DNA from: an uncultured Acidobacteriota bacterium
GTDB taxonomy: Bacteria; Acidobacteriota; Blastocatellia; RBC074
Direction of reading: 5' to 3'
Length of the DNA: 64,000 nt
Assembly (NCBI GenBank): GCA_963796275.1
Contig: CAWCKY010000006.1
Span: forward strand, 2,016,001 to 2,080,000
Every line of letters begins with the position of its first letter. Positions within the stretch are counted from its first letter, which is position 1. A program made the position numbers and the translations under genes. The notes under the pieces were generated by a model. That model searched no databases and had not been told where the DNA came from. It was given only the letters and a program-made list of their open reading frames with translations. This document shows, one piece after another, positions 1-15,872 of this stretch.

Positions 1-2582
1 TTACTATCAGAACCTTCTTGAGCACCGAAGCGCTGATCCTCGCCTCCGGTTCGAATTTCGGATGTGCAGGGAACTGATGGCTGAGCGCCTGATCGAGCAA
101 GTGTTCAAACGAATCTTTCAGATTGGCGCCCACCGGCGGCATCAATTCGAAGGAAGGGTCGAGCGTTTCGAAATGCTCTCGCTCTTCCAGCTTGAGCGTT
201 TCGCTGAGGGATCCAGGTTCGGGCTTCGCTATGCCATAGGCCCCTTCCAGGTATCCAATTATGCGCTGCCTCAATTGGCTGTGTTGATTTTCGAGAGGGG
301 TCCTCGCCTCTACGCGTTCCTGTGGTGAGAGGCGTGTAACGTAGCCGCCTAAACGATCTCCGGTCAGAATATGCTCCAATCTAAATAATGTTCCCAATTC
401 ATTGAGCGCTTGCCGGTGCAGAAAAGATGGAATACCAGACGATGGTGCGCGAAACTTCATCTGCGCTACGCCGCATCCCTTCCAGTTTATTAAAATAAAT
501 ACGTGGACCGCGGCCTTCGTTGTCAAATGGAAAATCGATAACGACACGCCAATCTTCGCCCGTGTTGATGAGTCGGTCATCCGGCATCTCCCGGATATTA
601 CCGAAAACGATATCGCAGGAACGCCGGGTCGCGCGCCACGTAATGTCGTGATGCAGAAAAAATTCATCTTTCTAACTCAATGCCGATTTGGCTGAAGAGC
701 AGCTCTTTGATCTTGCGTACTCGGTTCCCGTAATTATCCTCCGATTGTGCCTGCTCGATAATGCTATGCGTATCCACGCCGGTCAGGTGAACCGATACAA
801 TCGGGTTAACCAGATCGTCGGAGATTTTGATCTGTCCGATTTCAGCCGCCCATTCACGGCATCTGTTCAGCACCACCTGGCCTTCGCGGCCCTTGATCGG
901 CGATTTGATCATGCCAGGATTGAGCGCCGCCAGCTTACTGACAGTCAGATTCCTGAATGATTCGACCTCCGGTGCGAGCGCCGCCAGCAGCAATGTTTTG
1001 GCCAACCGGTCATCATTCCTGATTCTGACGGCTCGTTCATCGTCAAAAGGCAGGTCCGATAGATCATCGAAAAGGAGATTGTGCTTTCTCTCAAGCAGCG
1101 GCCGCAACTTACTGTGATATAGCTTTTTGGCATCTTCGAAATGGTTGCGCATCACATCGCTGAACGCCTCACCGTGAGAGATCGCGTCGAACAGATCACC
1201 GACCGGAACGATCTGCCCGAAACGCAAATGCTGCTTCTGCTAGACCAGCAGTTGCAGCATCATTTTAAGCGCCGTTCGTTCGCGTTGCAGCAGCGATGAC
1301 ACGGCTACCAGCGTGTGTATCAATGCAGGGCTGAACGGATAGACCTTGCTGAAATGTCTCGCGATCGGATTGACTGGTCAGCAAGACATTCATTACCTCT
1401 TCCCGAATCTCATCGGTTTGCTGGAACGCTTCATCCATCAACTGGCGTGAAGTCTCGGAGTTCGGTTTCAGGATGCGCTTCTCGGCGATGGCTGCCAGGT
1501 TGCGATCTTCCAGCTATGATCGTGGCGAAGCGCGCCTCCCAGTACCCTGAGCACATCTTTGAAACTCAACCGCTCGGCGCCCGTGATGATGATCGCCCAC
1601 CAGCTTGGGGAGATCGCGCTGCCGGGCGACGAAGCTGATGATAGGAGTAGGGCGGTCGGCGGTAGGCCGTTTTCGAGCAGCTTCGCCAGCTTCTGGCTCT
1701 CGCGATTGACGAAAGCTACTTCCGATGCGTGGCTGGCCAACCACAGAATCAATTCGTCCAGAAACAGGATCAGGCCGTCGATAACCCAGCGCCTTCGCAT
1801 GCCCGCCGATGATCGAAAGCCCCAGGTCGAGATCGACGAATATCCCCGCTGCTCTTGATCGCCGAAAAAAAGACCTACGATCGTATCGCCAATCAGCCGA
1901 TCGCGATCATCGGCGACCTGGACTTGTCTGGAATATTTTTCGAAATCGGGCAGGGAATTGATTATCCTTTCGAAGTTCGCGGCGTCTACCAGCCGCCACT
2001 CATCTCACCCCAGCCGCACATTCTGCCGGCGTCCGTCCTCCATTTCAAATTCGCAAAAAATACCTGATCACCCATCTTCTCGCGCAGCTTACGGGCGTCA
2101 TCAAATATTTTGCTCAGATTTAAAGACAGCAGGCAGGGCCGCTTCGGGAATGGATTGATGTATGATGTGTTTCGACGTAACCACCCAGCAGCGCCGATTC
2201 CATATCCTGCGCACCGACCATATGATACGGCACCAGCAGAAATTCTTTCCCCCTCATTGACGCGTTGTGTTTGGCAATGACCGGCGCCAGTTCGCGAATC
2301 GAGCGCGCGTGCGCATCTCCGGCCAATATCAGATGGAGGATCGCCATAAAGTGGCTCTTGCCGCTGCCGAAACTGCCATGCAGATGCTGCCTCGCTGACT
2401 CGGCCTTCCAATGCCGAGCGAATCAACCCGAGCGCCGAGTCAAAACATTTCACGAGTTGGGTGGTGACGACGTAGTTAGGCGACCGTCTCTTGCGGACGG
2501 GTGACGCCGTCAACTCAGTTTCAAACGAAATCGCCTTGGTGAACCGGTCGGGTAAGTCAATCAAATCTTTGATGTAGGTCAT
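1..2582 (-). CDS. pglY: BREX-2/Pgl ATPase PglY (BrxC-like); multiply frameshifted, 3' end beyond window edge
   Basis: Starts [13 protein letters not shown]. Walker A region reads [19 protein letters not shown] across frames (~2340-2380); Walker [18 protein letters not shown]; also [39 protein letters not shown] and [10 protein letters not shown]. Spread over at least 6 ORF fragments. Confidence 0.88.
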
Positions 2583-2751
2583 GGCCGCTTCTTCGATTGT
2601 GTTTATTTCTGCAAGAAAGGCTCGCCTTTATATTGCATGGAAGCCGGCAAACTATCCATCGTCGCGTCAGCCTACTGGAGCGCAGCCACTGCATGCCGCT
2701 AGGAGAGCAACATTAGCGGCCAGTCACGGACCGCGCTTGTCCTTCTGCGGG

Positions 2752-7314
<4,563 letters not shown>

Positions 7315-7318
<4 letters not shown>

Positions 7319-10300
7319 GATTTCGATTCGTGATGATTGTTCTGGTGGGCGCTGGCGATCCAGCTCTCCGTCAGGCGCGCGCATTGATTGGTGCTGATGA
7401 CGGGCACGGGGAGATCATCGAGCTTGGGCAGCGCTACCAGGCCATCGCTTGCCATAAGCACGCATACGCCGTGCAGTCTGCCTCCGGGGGTAGTGACCCG
7501 CTCACGCAACCGTTCGATCACATCCAGTCGCCCGTACCGCGACAAGAGCCCCGGATAGACGAGCAGCAGGGTTTTATCCGACTGCGAGAGCTCCTCTTCG
7601 ATGAGCGGCACGCAGCGGCTGACGAAGATCATGAGGTTGCGCCAGTCCTGGCTGTTGCGGGGCGAGGCGTCGGCCTGGAGCGCGACCTGCCGATCGACTT
7701 GGAAGGGGGCGGCCTGCTCACGCATCACTCGCAGGAAGAGTTCGTCCAGATTGTGTCGATCGAGATCGAAGCGATGGAGCAGTGCCTTCTCCGCATCGAG
7801 CAATTTATGCGGCGCGACAGTAAGCGCCAGGAACGAGCCTTCGAGTGAGGCGCGGCGCAGCTTGTTATCGAGAATCCGCGCATCGGCGATCTCCGGAGGC
7901 AGTTCAATGCCGCGGGTTGAAGCCGGCATCAACGATCCGGACGCGCTGGGCGGAACCGTGGAGCTCGATAATCCAGGGATCGTCGGTTGCCGCCAGTGAT
8001 AAGCTCCTTTGCTGTCTTCAGCATCCAAGTCCCAAACCAGGTCGATCTCGGCCTCGCCTAACAGGTCATCGAGCGCGGGGCGATCGGGGAGCGGTTCGGC
8101 ATCGGGATATCGGCTATGAACTCGCTGGTAGATCACGTCGACCGGCAAAGTATTCACGCCTATCAACGCCCCTTGCGCCAGGCGCAGAGCACGGATTGCG
8201 GCCAATCCCTGAGGGTAGATTTCCAATCGGCTCGAGAGGGCAGCCGTGCTTGAAGCCGCAACGGCCAGTTTGACCAATCGCACATCTGTCAGCGGTGTGA
8301 TTGAATCCGGTGGGCGAGCTTCACGAAGCATTTCTAATGCGCGCGCCGGTGTGGAGATCGGATCGAGCCTCGCCAGCCCATCTGCCACGCGGGCGAGCTG
8401 TTCGACATAACCGGCCATCTCAGCGAAACGTGTGATGAGGATGCGATCATTCTCCAGGCGGCGTTCGATGAAGCGAGGGCTTTCGTTGTCACGCTCGACC
8501 TCAACGGCAGCTCTGACGACGATGGCCGCCAGTTGCGACCGCCGCGGTTCGGAAGCGACCGACCCGCGCGCATTGAGGGCGGCCTCGCACAGCTCGCCCA
8601 TCGTCATTGCCGCGCCATGCGCCTCAATGATCTCAGCAACGGTATCGCGGAGGGCGGTGATGGAAGGATTTCTCCTCCATTTTTCGCGGGCAGCGGTCAC
8701 GACCTGCCCGATGCGTGCGGGGCTCAGCTCCATCTGTCGCGCGATATCGGATTGACTGGGCCAGTCGAGTGCCGCGGGCGTGACATTGCCAGATGAGTCG
8801 AGGCCGAGGAACGCGTAAAGAATAGCGCGCTCTCCCAGCTTTTTCCCCGGATGCCCGAGATCGTTGATCTGCTTGCATAACAGATCAATCCCGACCACGA
8901 CAGTCCTGGCCTCTTCCGATTCGGAGGTCGTCACGGGAGCGACCGGCACGGAAGGCGATATATCCGGGAAACGAAGACGCAAGGCGTTGACGAGTCGGGC
9001 GATTTCGCGGCGAGTCTTATTCCCGACACCTTGCATACGATGCAGCCGCCCGAGCGGAATTGAAAGCAGGTCTTTGATCGTGATGACATTGATGCGTTCG
9101 AGCGCATTGGCGGCGCGCGTGGTCAGCGGCAGAGTGATGATCTCGGTGGTCAATGTTAAAGGTATGCTCTCCATCCAGGTTTCGAAATCTATATCGTCAT
9201 CTGTGGTCGAACTCGTTTGCGGCTGGTCGATCCCGTCAAAGAGCGCGCCGCCAGGCGCGCAGCATCTCCTCGGCATTGTCGAACCGCTTTCGCGCATCGC
9301 GCCGGAAGGCCCGCGAGAAAAATCCGATCAAAACATCGCGCACCGGTGGATCGAAGAGCGCTTCATTGAGCGTGACTTCGCAATCTAACAAAGAAGGATC
9401 GCTATGACCGTCGCCCCAGACGGGGAGATTGTCCGGTGGCCATCTGGTAGAGAGTTACAGACAGCGGCGTAGCGGTCGGCGTGCAGATACCATCGTTTTC
9501 GATCTACGAGAAACGGATCGATATAATGCGCCGTACCGAGGCGCAATTTGTCGACAGGTGTTTGAGAGAGCGAAAAATCGAAGAGCACCAAACACAATCG
9601 GCGCCCGGCAACGGTCTGCCCCACGACGATGTTGTCAGGTTTAATATCCCGATGAGGAATTCCCTTATGTTCCAGGTGATTCACTGCTTCGAGCAGGTCC
9701 TCGCCGAAACGTTGCAGAAAGTCTATCGAGAGCCGCCCCTCACGCCTTAATCGCTGCGTGAGTGTTTCGACCTCTTTCTGCGTGTCTATCCCGACCTTCT
9801 GCATCGTGAAGCCGGCGAAGCCGGAGACATCGACATCCTCATAAACTTCGATGATGGCTGGGTGACGCAGCTTTCTGATAGCCCTCGCCTCGTTCCAGAT
9901 AGCTTCGTTATGCTCCACATCATTGGCCAGTTTAGCACGACTTCGCTCCCGTCTTTCTCTACGACGAAAGCGGTGGCGGAAGAGCCTTTGCCGAGCCGGC
10001 TTTGAACAACGTAACCACCCTCGAGCTGGTCATTGACTTTGGCATCGAGCGGATTCGCGATGTAATCGACGGCGGGTTGGGTCAGCTCGTTCTCGACCCC
10101 ATCGAGTTGGCTCAGGAACTCAGCGATGGTTACCCAGCGGTCTGAGCTCTCGGGAAAAGTGCTGTATTGAATCAACTCCTGCAATTCGGCGCCTGCGCCA
10201 TCCATTACTGATGAGATGCGCAACCCATTCCCGGCGCGGTATCTTTTCGCGCAAGTCCAATCCGTTTTCTGCAGGCGATCTTGCAGAGAATATATGGTAG

Positions 10301-11572
10301 GCAATCGTACCCAGCGAAAAGATGTCGAGCTGCTCCCCGGCGATTTCAGGATCATTGATGGCTTCTGGCGCCAGATAGACCATCGCCGCATCTTCGATCA
10401 ATTGTTCCAGGTGTGAAGTCGGCGTCGGGCGGGAGACATCTCTGGTGGAACTGCCGGATTTCCGAAATCCCACCTGCCAGTTGAATATCTTTATTTTGGG
10501 GGAATCACCATCTGCGTCGATTATCAGGATGCTCTGAGGGCTGAGCGATCGATGAACCAGGCGTTTCTCGTGCGCATAACGTAACGTTTCAGCGATCTGT
10601 CGCAACAGGTTGAGGCGTAAGTCGATGCTGAGTGATTCGCCGTTCAAGGTCAGGTAATGATCGAGCCGCACGACATCCGGATAATGGTGGAAGAAGAGGG
10701 CCGTGCCAGCTCATGCTCGATGAAGTCATGAACCTTGAGAATGCCCGGGTGATCGATCTCTTCCAGGATTTGGAATTCGCGATGTGCGGCGCGACGGATG
10801 AATTCTCGGTCGAGTTCAGAAGTGTTTCGCGCGATGTTGTAGATTCTGATCCTGCGTTTCGTGGATTCGATCCTTGAGTGAGTTGCGGCCCAGTCCTGAT
10901 ACGTGTCCGTAGGGCTTTGATAAAGTAGTTCTCCGAGATCGTAGGCGCCGACGCGCCGCGAGCGCTGCGAGGGACGAATGCCAGCCTGTTCCATGGCCTG
11001 AGTGAGCACTCTGCCCATCGGACGATCGATCACGGTTTGCACAGGTTGTTGATAACCCGGATACCGGCCATTTTTAAGGGCATCCAGAATGCCACGCCCC
11101 GCGGCCTGCGAACTCTCATCGCGCAGGCAAATACGATGCCCGGCGTTACCAGACAATTGAAAATCGAGCTGCTTTGGGGAACAGAAGATAAGCGGATTAA
11201 GAAACGGGATGCGAATCTTTTGACAGGCTTTCTGGCGCCGCAGTAGCGTAGCCAATTTCTTGGCCTTCAGATTTGCGAGCAACAGGGGGTTGTCGGCGGT
11301 TGATTTTTTCCACCCGATCTCCAGACCCAGGTCGTATGTTACCCGTCAAGGTTCCGGGTTTGCTCTTGATCTCGATGAGATAGAAGCTGATGGCGTAAAG
11401 ATCAGCAGGTCAACCTCATTAATTGATCCATCGTCAGAGATGAATTGAAATTACTCCAAGCTCGAAACAGTTCGCTATCTGGAAGGCCTTCCTTTATGTA
11501 ATCTAGCGCATCGCGCTCCCACTGATACTCAGAGGGAGAGATCATATTCCACCTGTTGGATGAAAGCGCCAT
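7315..11572 (-). CDS. pglW: BREX-2/Pgl Ser/Thr kinase PglW (NERD + two kinase domains + alpha-CTD-like + sigma4-like HTH); frameshifted
   Basis: ATG at 11572, MALSSNRWNMISPSEYQWERDAL. NERD-type EVDLL...YLIEIKS; kinase 1 HRSLSPQSILI/YLAPE; kinase 2 LGKGSSA, HRDIKPDNI, LFDFSLS; LTTRAANALERINVITIKDLL..GVGNKT; SQSDIARQMELSPARIGQV. About 4.26 kb in total. Confidence 0.9.
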
Positions 11573-12327
11573 AGCTAGAGAAGTTGAACCGGATTAAAAT
11601 CAGGCGACTTGCTGTGAGCGTTCGCAAAACGTGGACTTATCCTGATTTTGTATTGAATTCAACTTGATTACGCAAATCTAAATCTGGAAGCCGATCGAGC
11701 GAATTCATATCGGCAAATGGATAACGTGATCGGTAGATTCTTCTGAGAGTAGAGCAGTATAGACCGATCTCGGAGAACAGCCGAAGACAAGAGTGTAGTC
11801 TTAAAACTTATAGGTCAATCAGGTATTAGACATGTGTATTGCGTTTCGGAAGCGTCTCCTGTAAGTAGTTACTTGCATAAAATAGAGCGTGATCGATCAT
11901 GAATGTTGTGTGATTATTTGATCTACCCTTTCACTTCAACTCCCAGCAAGTGGCCGATAAATTGTTTTTGTGGCATTAACCGTTTTGGCGAGCAGATTGC
12001 GAGGAATGCCCTAGATTCCCTAATTTGGCTCTGGAGTAAAATTCAAGTTATGCGATAAATCCCTAGTTTTGGGAACTATCTTTCGGAAAAATCGGGCTGA
12101 ACTGAAACACACGACATTGAGACGCTGAAATTCACCCCAGATCGGCACAAATGCGACGGACAGACGAGGATTAAATCCGCGCCGATTGGCCACATCAGTG
12201 CTGATCAGCGATGAAATATCGGTTCATGCACAGGTGCCATGTAGAAGATTAAGTAGTAAAACGAAAGACTAACGAAATCGTTCTGCAAAATGTGTGGTAT
12301 TCGTTAATGAAGAGCCAGCACGTTGAC

Positions 12328-12828
12328 TCAGTCCTGTTCGTCTGCAGTCGGACCGTAGGAACCGGGGACGGGGATGTTGAGCAGGCGAAGGTAGACGGAG
12401 AACTGGCCGCGGTGATGGATCAAGTGATTCAGGATGAAGTCCCGCAGTACATCACCCTTGGCATGTTCGAACTTCACCTGGCCCATTATTTTGAAACGCC
12501 AGGGGCGCATTATGGTCTCGTCGTTGGCGACTGCCAGAACTCGCTTGCAGTTTGCCACTTTATCGTCATATGTCTTGAGCAGGTCGGCCACCGACATAGC
12601 CTGGTATGGCTTATAGTCGGCAGGATCGATGTCGAGTTCGTCCATATTGAATATCGAATCGGACCAACCGATGCATTCGACGATGTGCGATGCCAGGTCG
12701 CCTGCCGTAAACGACTTTTCGTGGGGCCGCCAGTCCAGCTTGTCGTTCGGCAGCCGTTCTAAATGTTTGCGTGTCGTCTGCGCCTCTCGTTCAAACTCCT
12801 TCATCAGCGATTTGCTCAACTTACTCAT
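12328..12828 (-). CDS. DinB/YfiT family metal-binding protein
   Basis: WRPHEKS..LASHI and NHLIHHRGQFSVYLRLLNIPVPGSYGP motifs; AAGGAG RBS favours ATG 12828. Confidence 0.9.
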   Translation of the reverse strand: MSKLSKSLMKEFEREAQTTRKHLERLPNDKLDWRPHEKSFTAGDLASHIVECIGWSDSIFNMDELDIDPADYKPYQAMSVADLLKTYDDKVANCKRVLAVANDETIMRPWRFKIMGQVKFEHAKGDVLRDFILNHLIHHRGQFSVYLRLLNIPVPGSYGPTADEQD

Positions 12829-12967
12829 ATTCATTCTCCTTTTTGCAGATTGATCATTTCACCTGGTTCGATGCTGACGTCGATTGGTCGACAATCATGC
12901 ATGTGGGCCATGAGAACGATTCGTCCATTATACACTTTAGAGCATAAAGAGCTGATCAAGCCATACC

Positions 12968-13369
12968 TTATCGGGCCTCTCGGGGGGCGTCCGATGCTGA
13001 AACTCTAGCGCCGCGAAAATACGCCGACGCCTGCGAGCGAAAAACAAAATATAGAAGAACAGTGAAAAGCAGGCTGTGCACGAACAGCTCCAAGGGCGAG
13101 TGCATGGCACTGAGGATGACGTGGTATCCGACCCAAACAACCAGGAGCCAGCGCGCCCAATTGAAACCGTATAACATAAACAGGCCGCAAAGAATAGCGA
13201 GAATCCGGATGGCGGGAACCAGCCAGAATTCAAATGAATGCTCGGAGATGCGTTGTGCAGCATGCAAATCTGCCGTCGGAATCAGGCTGGCAAGCAGCGT
13301 AAGGCCGCCCGCCCCTATAAATAACCAACTTATTACTGTGATCGAGAGCGGGCGCGGGCGCTTAGTCAT
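12968..13369 (-). CDS. Small multi-pass membrane protein, function unknown
   Basis: KRPRPLSITVISWLFI start and about four hydrophobic segments; GFNWARWLL motif. Confidence 0.7.
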   Translation of the reverse strand: MTKRPRPLSITVISWLFIGAGGLTLLASLIPTADLHAAQRISEHSFEFWLVPAIRILAILCGLFMLYGFNWARWLLVVWVGYHVILSAMHSPLELFVHSLLFTVLLYFVFRSQASAYFRGARVSASDAPREAR

Positions 13370-13406
13370 ATCGAGTTGAGCAGTCAGACAAAGATTTTGA
13401 GGTATT

Positions 13407-13485
13407 ATCATTTTACATTTGTCATTTGACATTGATTGCATCCTTGAAGGGCGAAGCAAATGACAAATGCCAAATGTAAAATGAT
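13407..13485. repeat. Heptamer-unit inverted repeat (CATTTGT/ACAAATG type), probable terminator-like hairpin
   Basis: atcattttacatttgtcatttgacatt ... aaatgacaaatgccaaatgtaaaatgat, directly after the pdxA stop. Confidence 0.8.
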
Positions 13486-13489
13486 TGTG

Positions 13490-14458
13490 TCATTTTGTTG
13501 ATTTGCCCCGACTTTGAGCCATCGCTGCCGCCATTCGCAGCGCCGCTTTCATATTCGCGGCATCCGCGATTCCTTTGCCCGCGATATCGAAGGCGGTACC
13601 GTGATCCACAGATGTGCGGATTACGGGGATGCCCAGCGATACATTAACCGTGTCTTCAAAGGCCAGCAGCTTGATCGGGATGTGGCCTTGATCATGATAC
13701 ATAGCCACAATCAGGTCATAATCGCCGCGCGCGGCCTTCAGAAAGAGAGTGTCGGCGGGCAGCGGACCGGCACAATCGATGCCGCGCTCTTTCGCCGCCG
13801 CGACGGCGGGCGCAATGAATTGGGCATCTTCATCGCCGAGCAGCCTGTTCTCCCCGGCGTGCGGATTGAGGCCGCAGACGGCGATGCGCGGAGAAGACAA
13901 TCCCATCTGCACGAGCGCACCGTGGCCCAGCTCGATGGTCCGCTGGATGCGTGCGACATCAAGACTGCATGCGCGGAGCAGCGGGACGTGTGTGCTGACG
14001 TGGATCACGCGCATCCGGTCGTTAGCGAGCAGCATCCACGATTCCGGTGAGCCGCACAACTCGGCGATGAATTCGGTGTGGCCGGAAAACTGAATGCCGT
14101 TGAGCGAGACCGCTTCCTTATTGATCGGCGCGGTCGTCATAGCATCCGCTTCACCGCTCAGACACATCTCTGTCGCGGCTCGTACATAAGCCAGCGCCGC
14201 GCGCCCGCACGCCGCATTCAATTGGCCGGTTCTGAAATTTATCTCTGCCCCGGTCATCATCGCCATATCGAGGATTTCCACATTGCGGCGTTCGCGTACG
14301 CGCCGCCAACCAGGACCATCGGTCCGGTTCAATATCGCCTGGTCGCCGATGATGATCCATTGGGCCAGGTCCGCCACCGCGGTGTCATCCAGCGCTTTGA
14401 TTATGATCTCCGGGCCGACTCCGGCGGGGTCGCCCATGGTTATTGCCACTCTCTTCAT
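13490..14458 (-). CDS. pdxA: PdxA-family dehydrogenase, likely PdxA2 (D-threonate/D-erythronate 4-phosphate dehydrogenase)
   Basis: ITMGDPAGVGPEI, GHTE, GLNPHAGE, MYHDQGHIP and RTSVDHGTAFDIAGKG motifs; overlaps the DUF1537-type kinase gene. Confidence 0.92.
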   Translation of the reverse strand: MKRVAITMGDPAGVGPEIIIKALDDTAVADLAQWIIIGDQAILNRTDGPGWRRVRERRNVEILDMAMMTGAEINFRTGQLNAACGRAALAYVRAATEMCLSGEADAMTTAPINKEAVSLNGIQFSGHTEFIAELCGSPESWMLLANDRMRVIHVSTHVPLLRACSLDVARIQRTIELGHGALVQMGLSSPRIAVCGLNPHAGENRLLGDEDAQFIAPAVAAAKERGIDCAGPLPADTLFLKAARGDYDLIVAMYHDQGHIPIKLLAFEDTVNVSLGIPVIRTSVDHGTAFDIAGKGIADAANMKAALRMAAAMAQSRGKSTK

Positions 14459-15630
14459 AGTCTTCTTATCTGACTTGACCCCCCTAGAAAATCTACCGCA
14501 TCTACGAGCGATTCGTCAGTTCCAAAACCGCCCGCCTTGGTGGCGAGTGGTAGGCCTGCTACCGTGCCGCCGATGAAGCGGCCCCACGGGACTCCGGGCA
14601 CGATCACTCCCTCGAGACTGACGCCGATTGCGCCCAGGTTGCGCGCGACAGCCTCCGCGGTGTCGCCACCCGAGAGCACAATGCCGCGCAATTCACGGTC
14701 GAGCAAGCGGACCAACCTTGCAATTGATATCTGCTCATCTCTGCCCCCCGGTTTCGCCCGCAGCAGAATGTGACTCTCGCCGCTTAGAGGTCGCCTGTCA
14801 ACCATCATCCCGGGTTCGAACGTCACGACAGGCCTTAATTCGAGGAGGCAATTGATCTGCCGCTCAGTGACGGCGTTGGAAGAACCGATGACCAGCAGGA
14901 CGCGTCCCCGGTCCGCGGGTTGCCCCGGGTCAGCTTTTCCTATCCGGAGAGATTCGCCCATGTTTGCTGCAATCTCGCCAGCCAACGCGCCGGCTCCGGC
15001 GAGTATCGCTCTCGCGCCGATAAGGTCCGCCGTTCTCACGACCGCCTGTAAATCAGCCTGAGATGTGCTGTCGAGCGCGATCATGCGCGCCCCCTGCGAG
15101 ATGAATCTGTGCACGGATTCTGCCACGGCCTCGGCGCCATGTTTCAATACTTCGAGGCCGACCTGTGCGACGCCGGATGCCCCCTGTTCACGCAACAAGG
15201 CCGGCAAGCTGCGTGGAGGATCGGATCGTTCCCCGAACAGGTGCAGGCAGCCCTCCACCAGCGTCCGCCCCATTGCCGGAAAAGCGGGCGCGATGAGCGC
15301 GACCTCAAAGCCGCAGGTCTCCATCATGGCTTCCAACTCAGAGGCCAGGTTGCCCAACAATGTCGAATCGAGCTTTTTGAAGATCAGCGGACAGCCTGAA
15401 CCGATGAGCGGGCCGCAGAAGCTGCGAATTTTCTCGGCCGCCTGCTCCGGTGAGTCGGTGCGGGTCGCCGTATCGTAAACGTGAACGGCCGCGGTATCCA
15501 CTGCTGGACCTTGCCCGAGCCAGATGTTCGTAGGATAACCGCGTAAAGCGAAGGGAAGCCCCGCGTCTGCCGCTCCGGTAAGATCGTCGGCCAGAATCGC
15601 GAGTGGAAGGTCGGAATGTAGCTTCGGCAT
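14455..15630 (-). CDS. Four-carbon acid sugar kinase (DUF1537/DtnK family)
   Basis: LADDLTGAADAG, FKKLDSTLLGN, PAFPAMGRT, LSGGDTA and TKAGGFG motifs. Confidence 0.9.
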   Translation of the reverse strand: MPKLHSDLPLAILADDLTGAADAGLPFALRGYPTNIWLGQGPAVDTAAVHVYDTATRTDSPEQAAEKIRSFCGPLIGSGCPLIFKKLDSTLLGNLASELEAMMETCGFEVALIAPAFPAMGRTLVEGCLHLFGERSDPPRSLPALLREQGASGVAQVGLEVLKHGAEAVAESVHRFISQGARMIALDSTSQADLQAVVRTADLIGARAILAGAGALAGEIAANMGESLRIGKADPGQPADRGRVLLVIGSSNAVTERQINCLLELRPVVTFEPGMMVDRRPLSGESHILLRAKPGGRDEQISIARLVRLLDRELRGIVLSGGDTAEAVARNLGAIGVSLEGVIVPGVPWGRFIGGTVAGLPLATKAGGFGTDESLVDAVDFLGGSSQIRRL

Positions 15631-15769
15631 AAATCGGTCTTCGCCTTTTCCGGTTTTTTCGGGGGATTACAATGTTATTCAGGATTGATATGATCGGCCA
15701 CCTCAGGGCTGTGCCAATCACTGCATTTTTTTCCGTGTTTATATTTACCAGGTTCGGATAGTCATCCAG

Positions 15770-15799
15770 AATAGCAGTAACATTAATAGCAGTAACATT
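15770..15799. repeat. Perfect 15-bp tandem duplication AATAGCAGTAACATT x2 in a divergent promoter region
   Basis: Read directly from the sequence. Confidence 0.85.
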
Positions 15800-15872
15800 A
15801 TTTGAAAATAACCGCTAATAAATTGCCGGGCGCAGTTGATCTCATTTAAAGGCTATAACAAAACGAGGGCAC

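Noticed and set aside
11986-12000. Sigma-54-like TGGC-N7-TTGC
   Set aside because: It points toward the 3' end of a convergent gene with no downstream ORF; likely chance.
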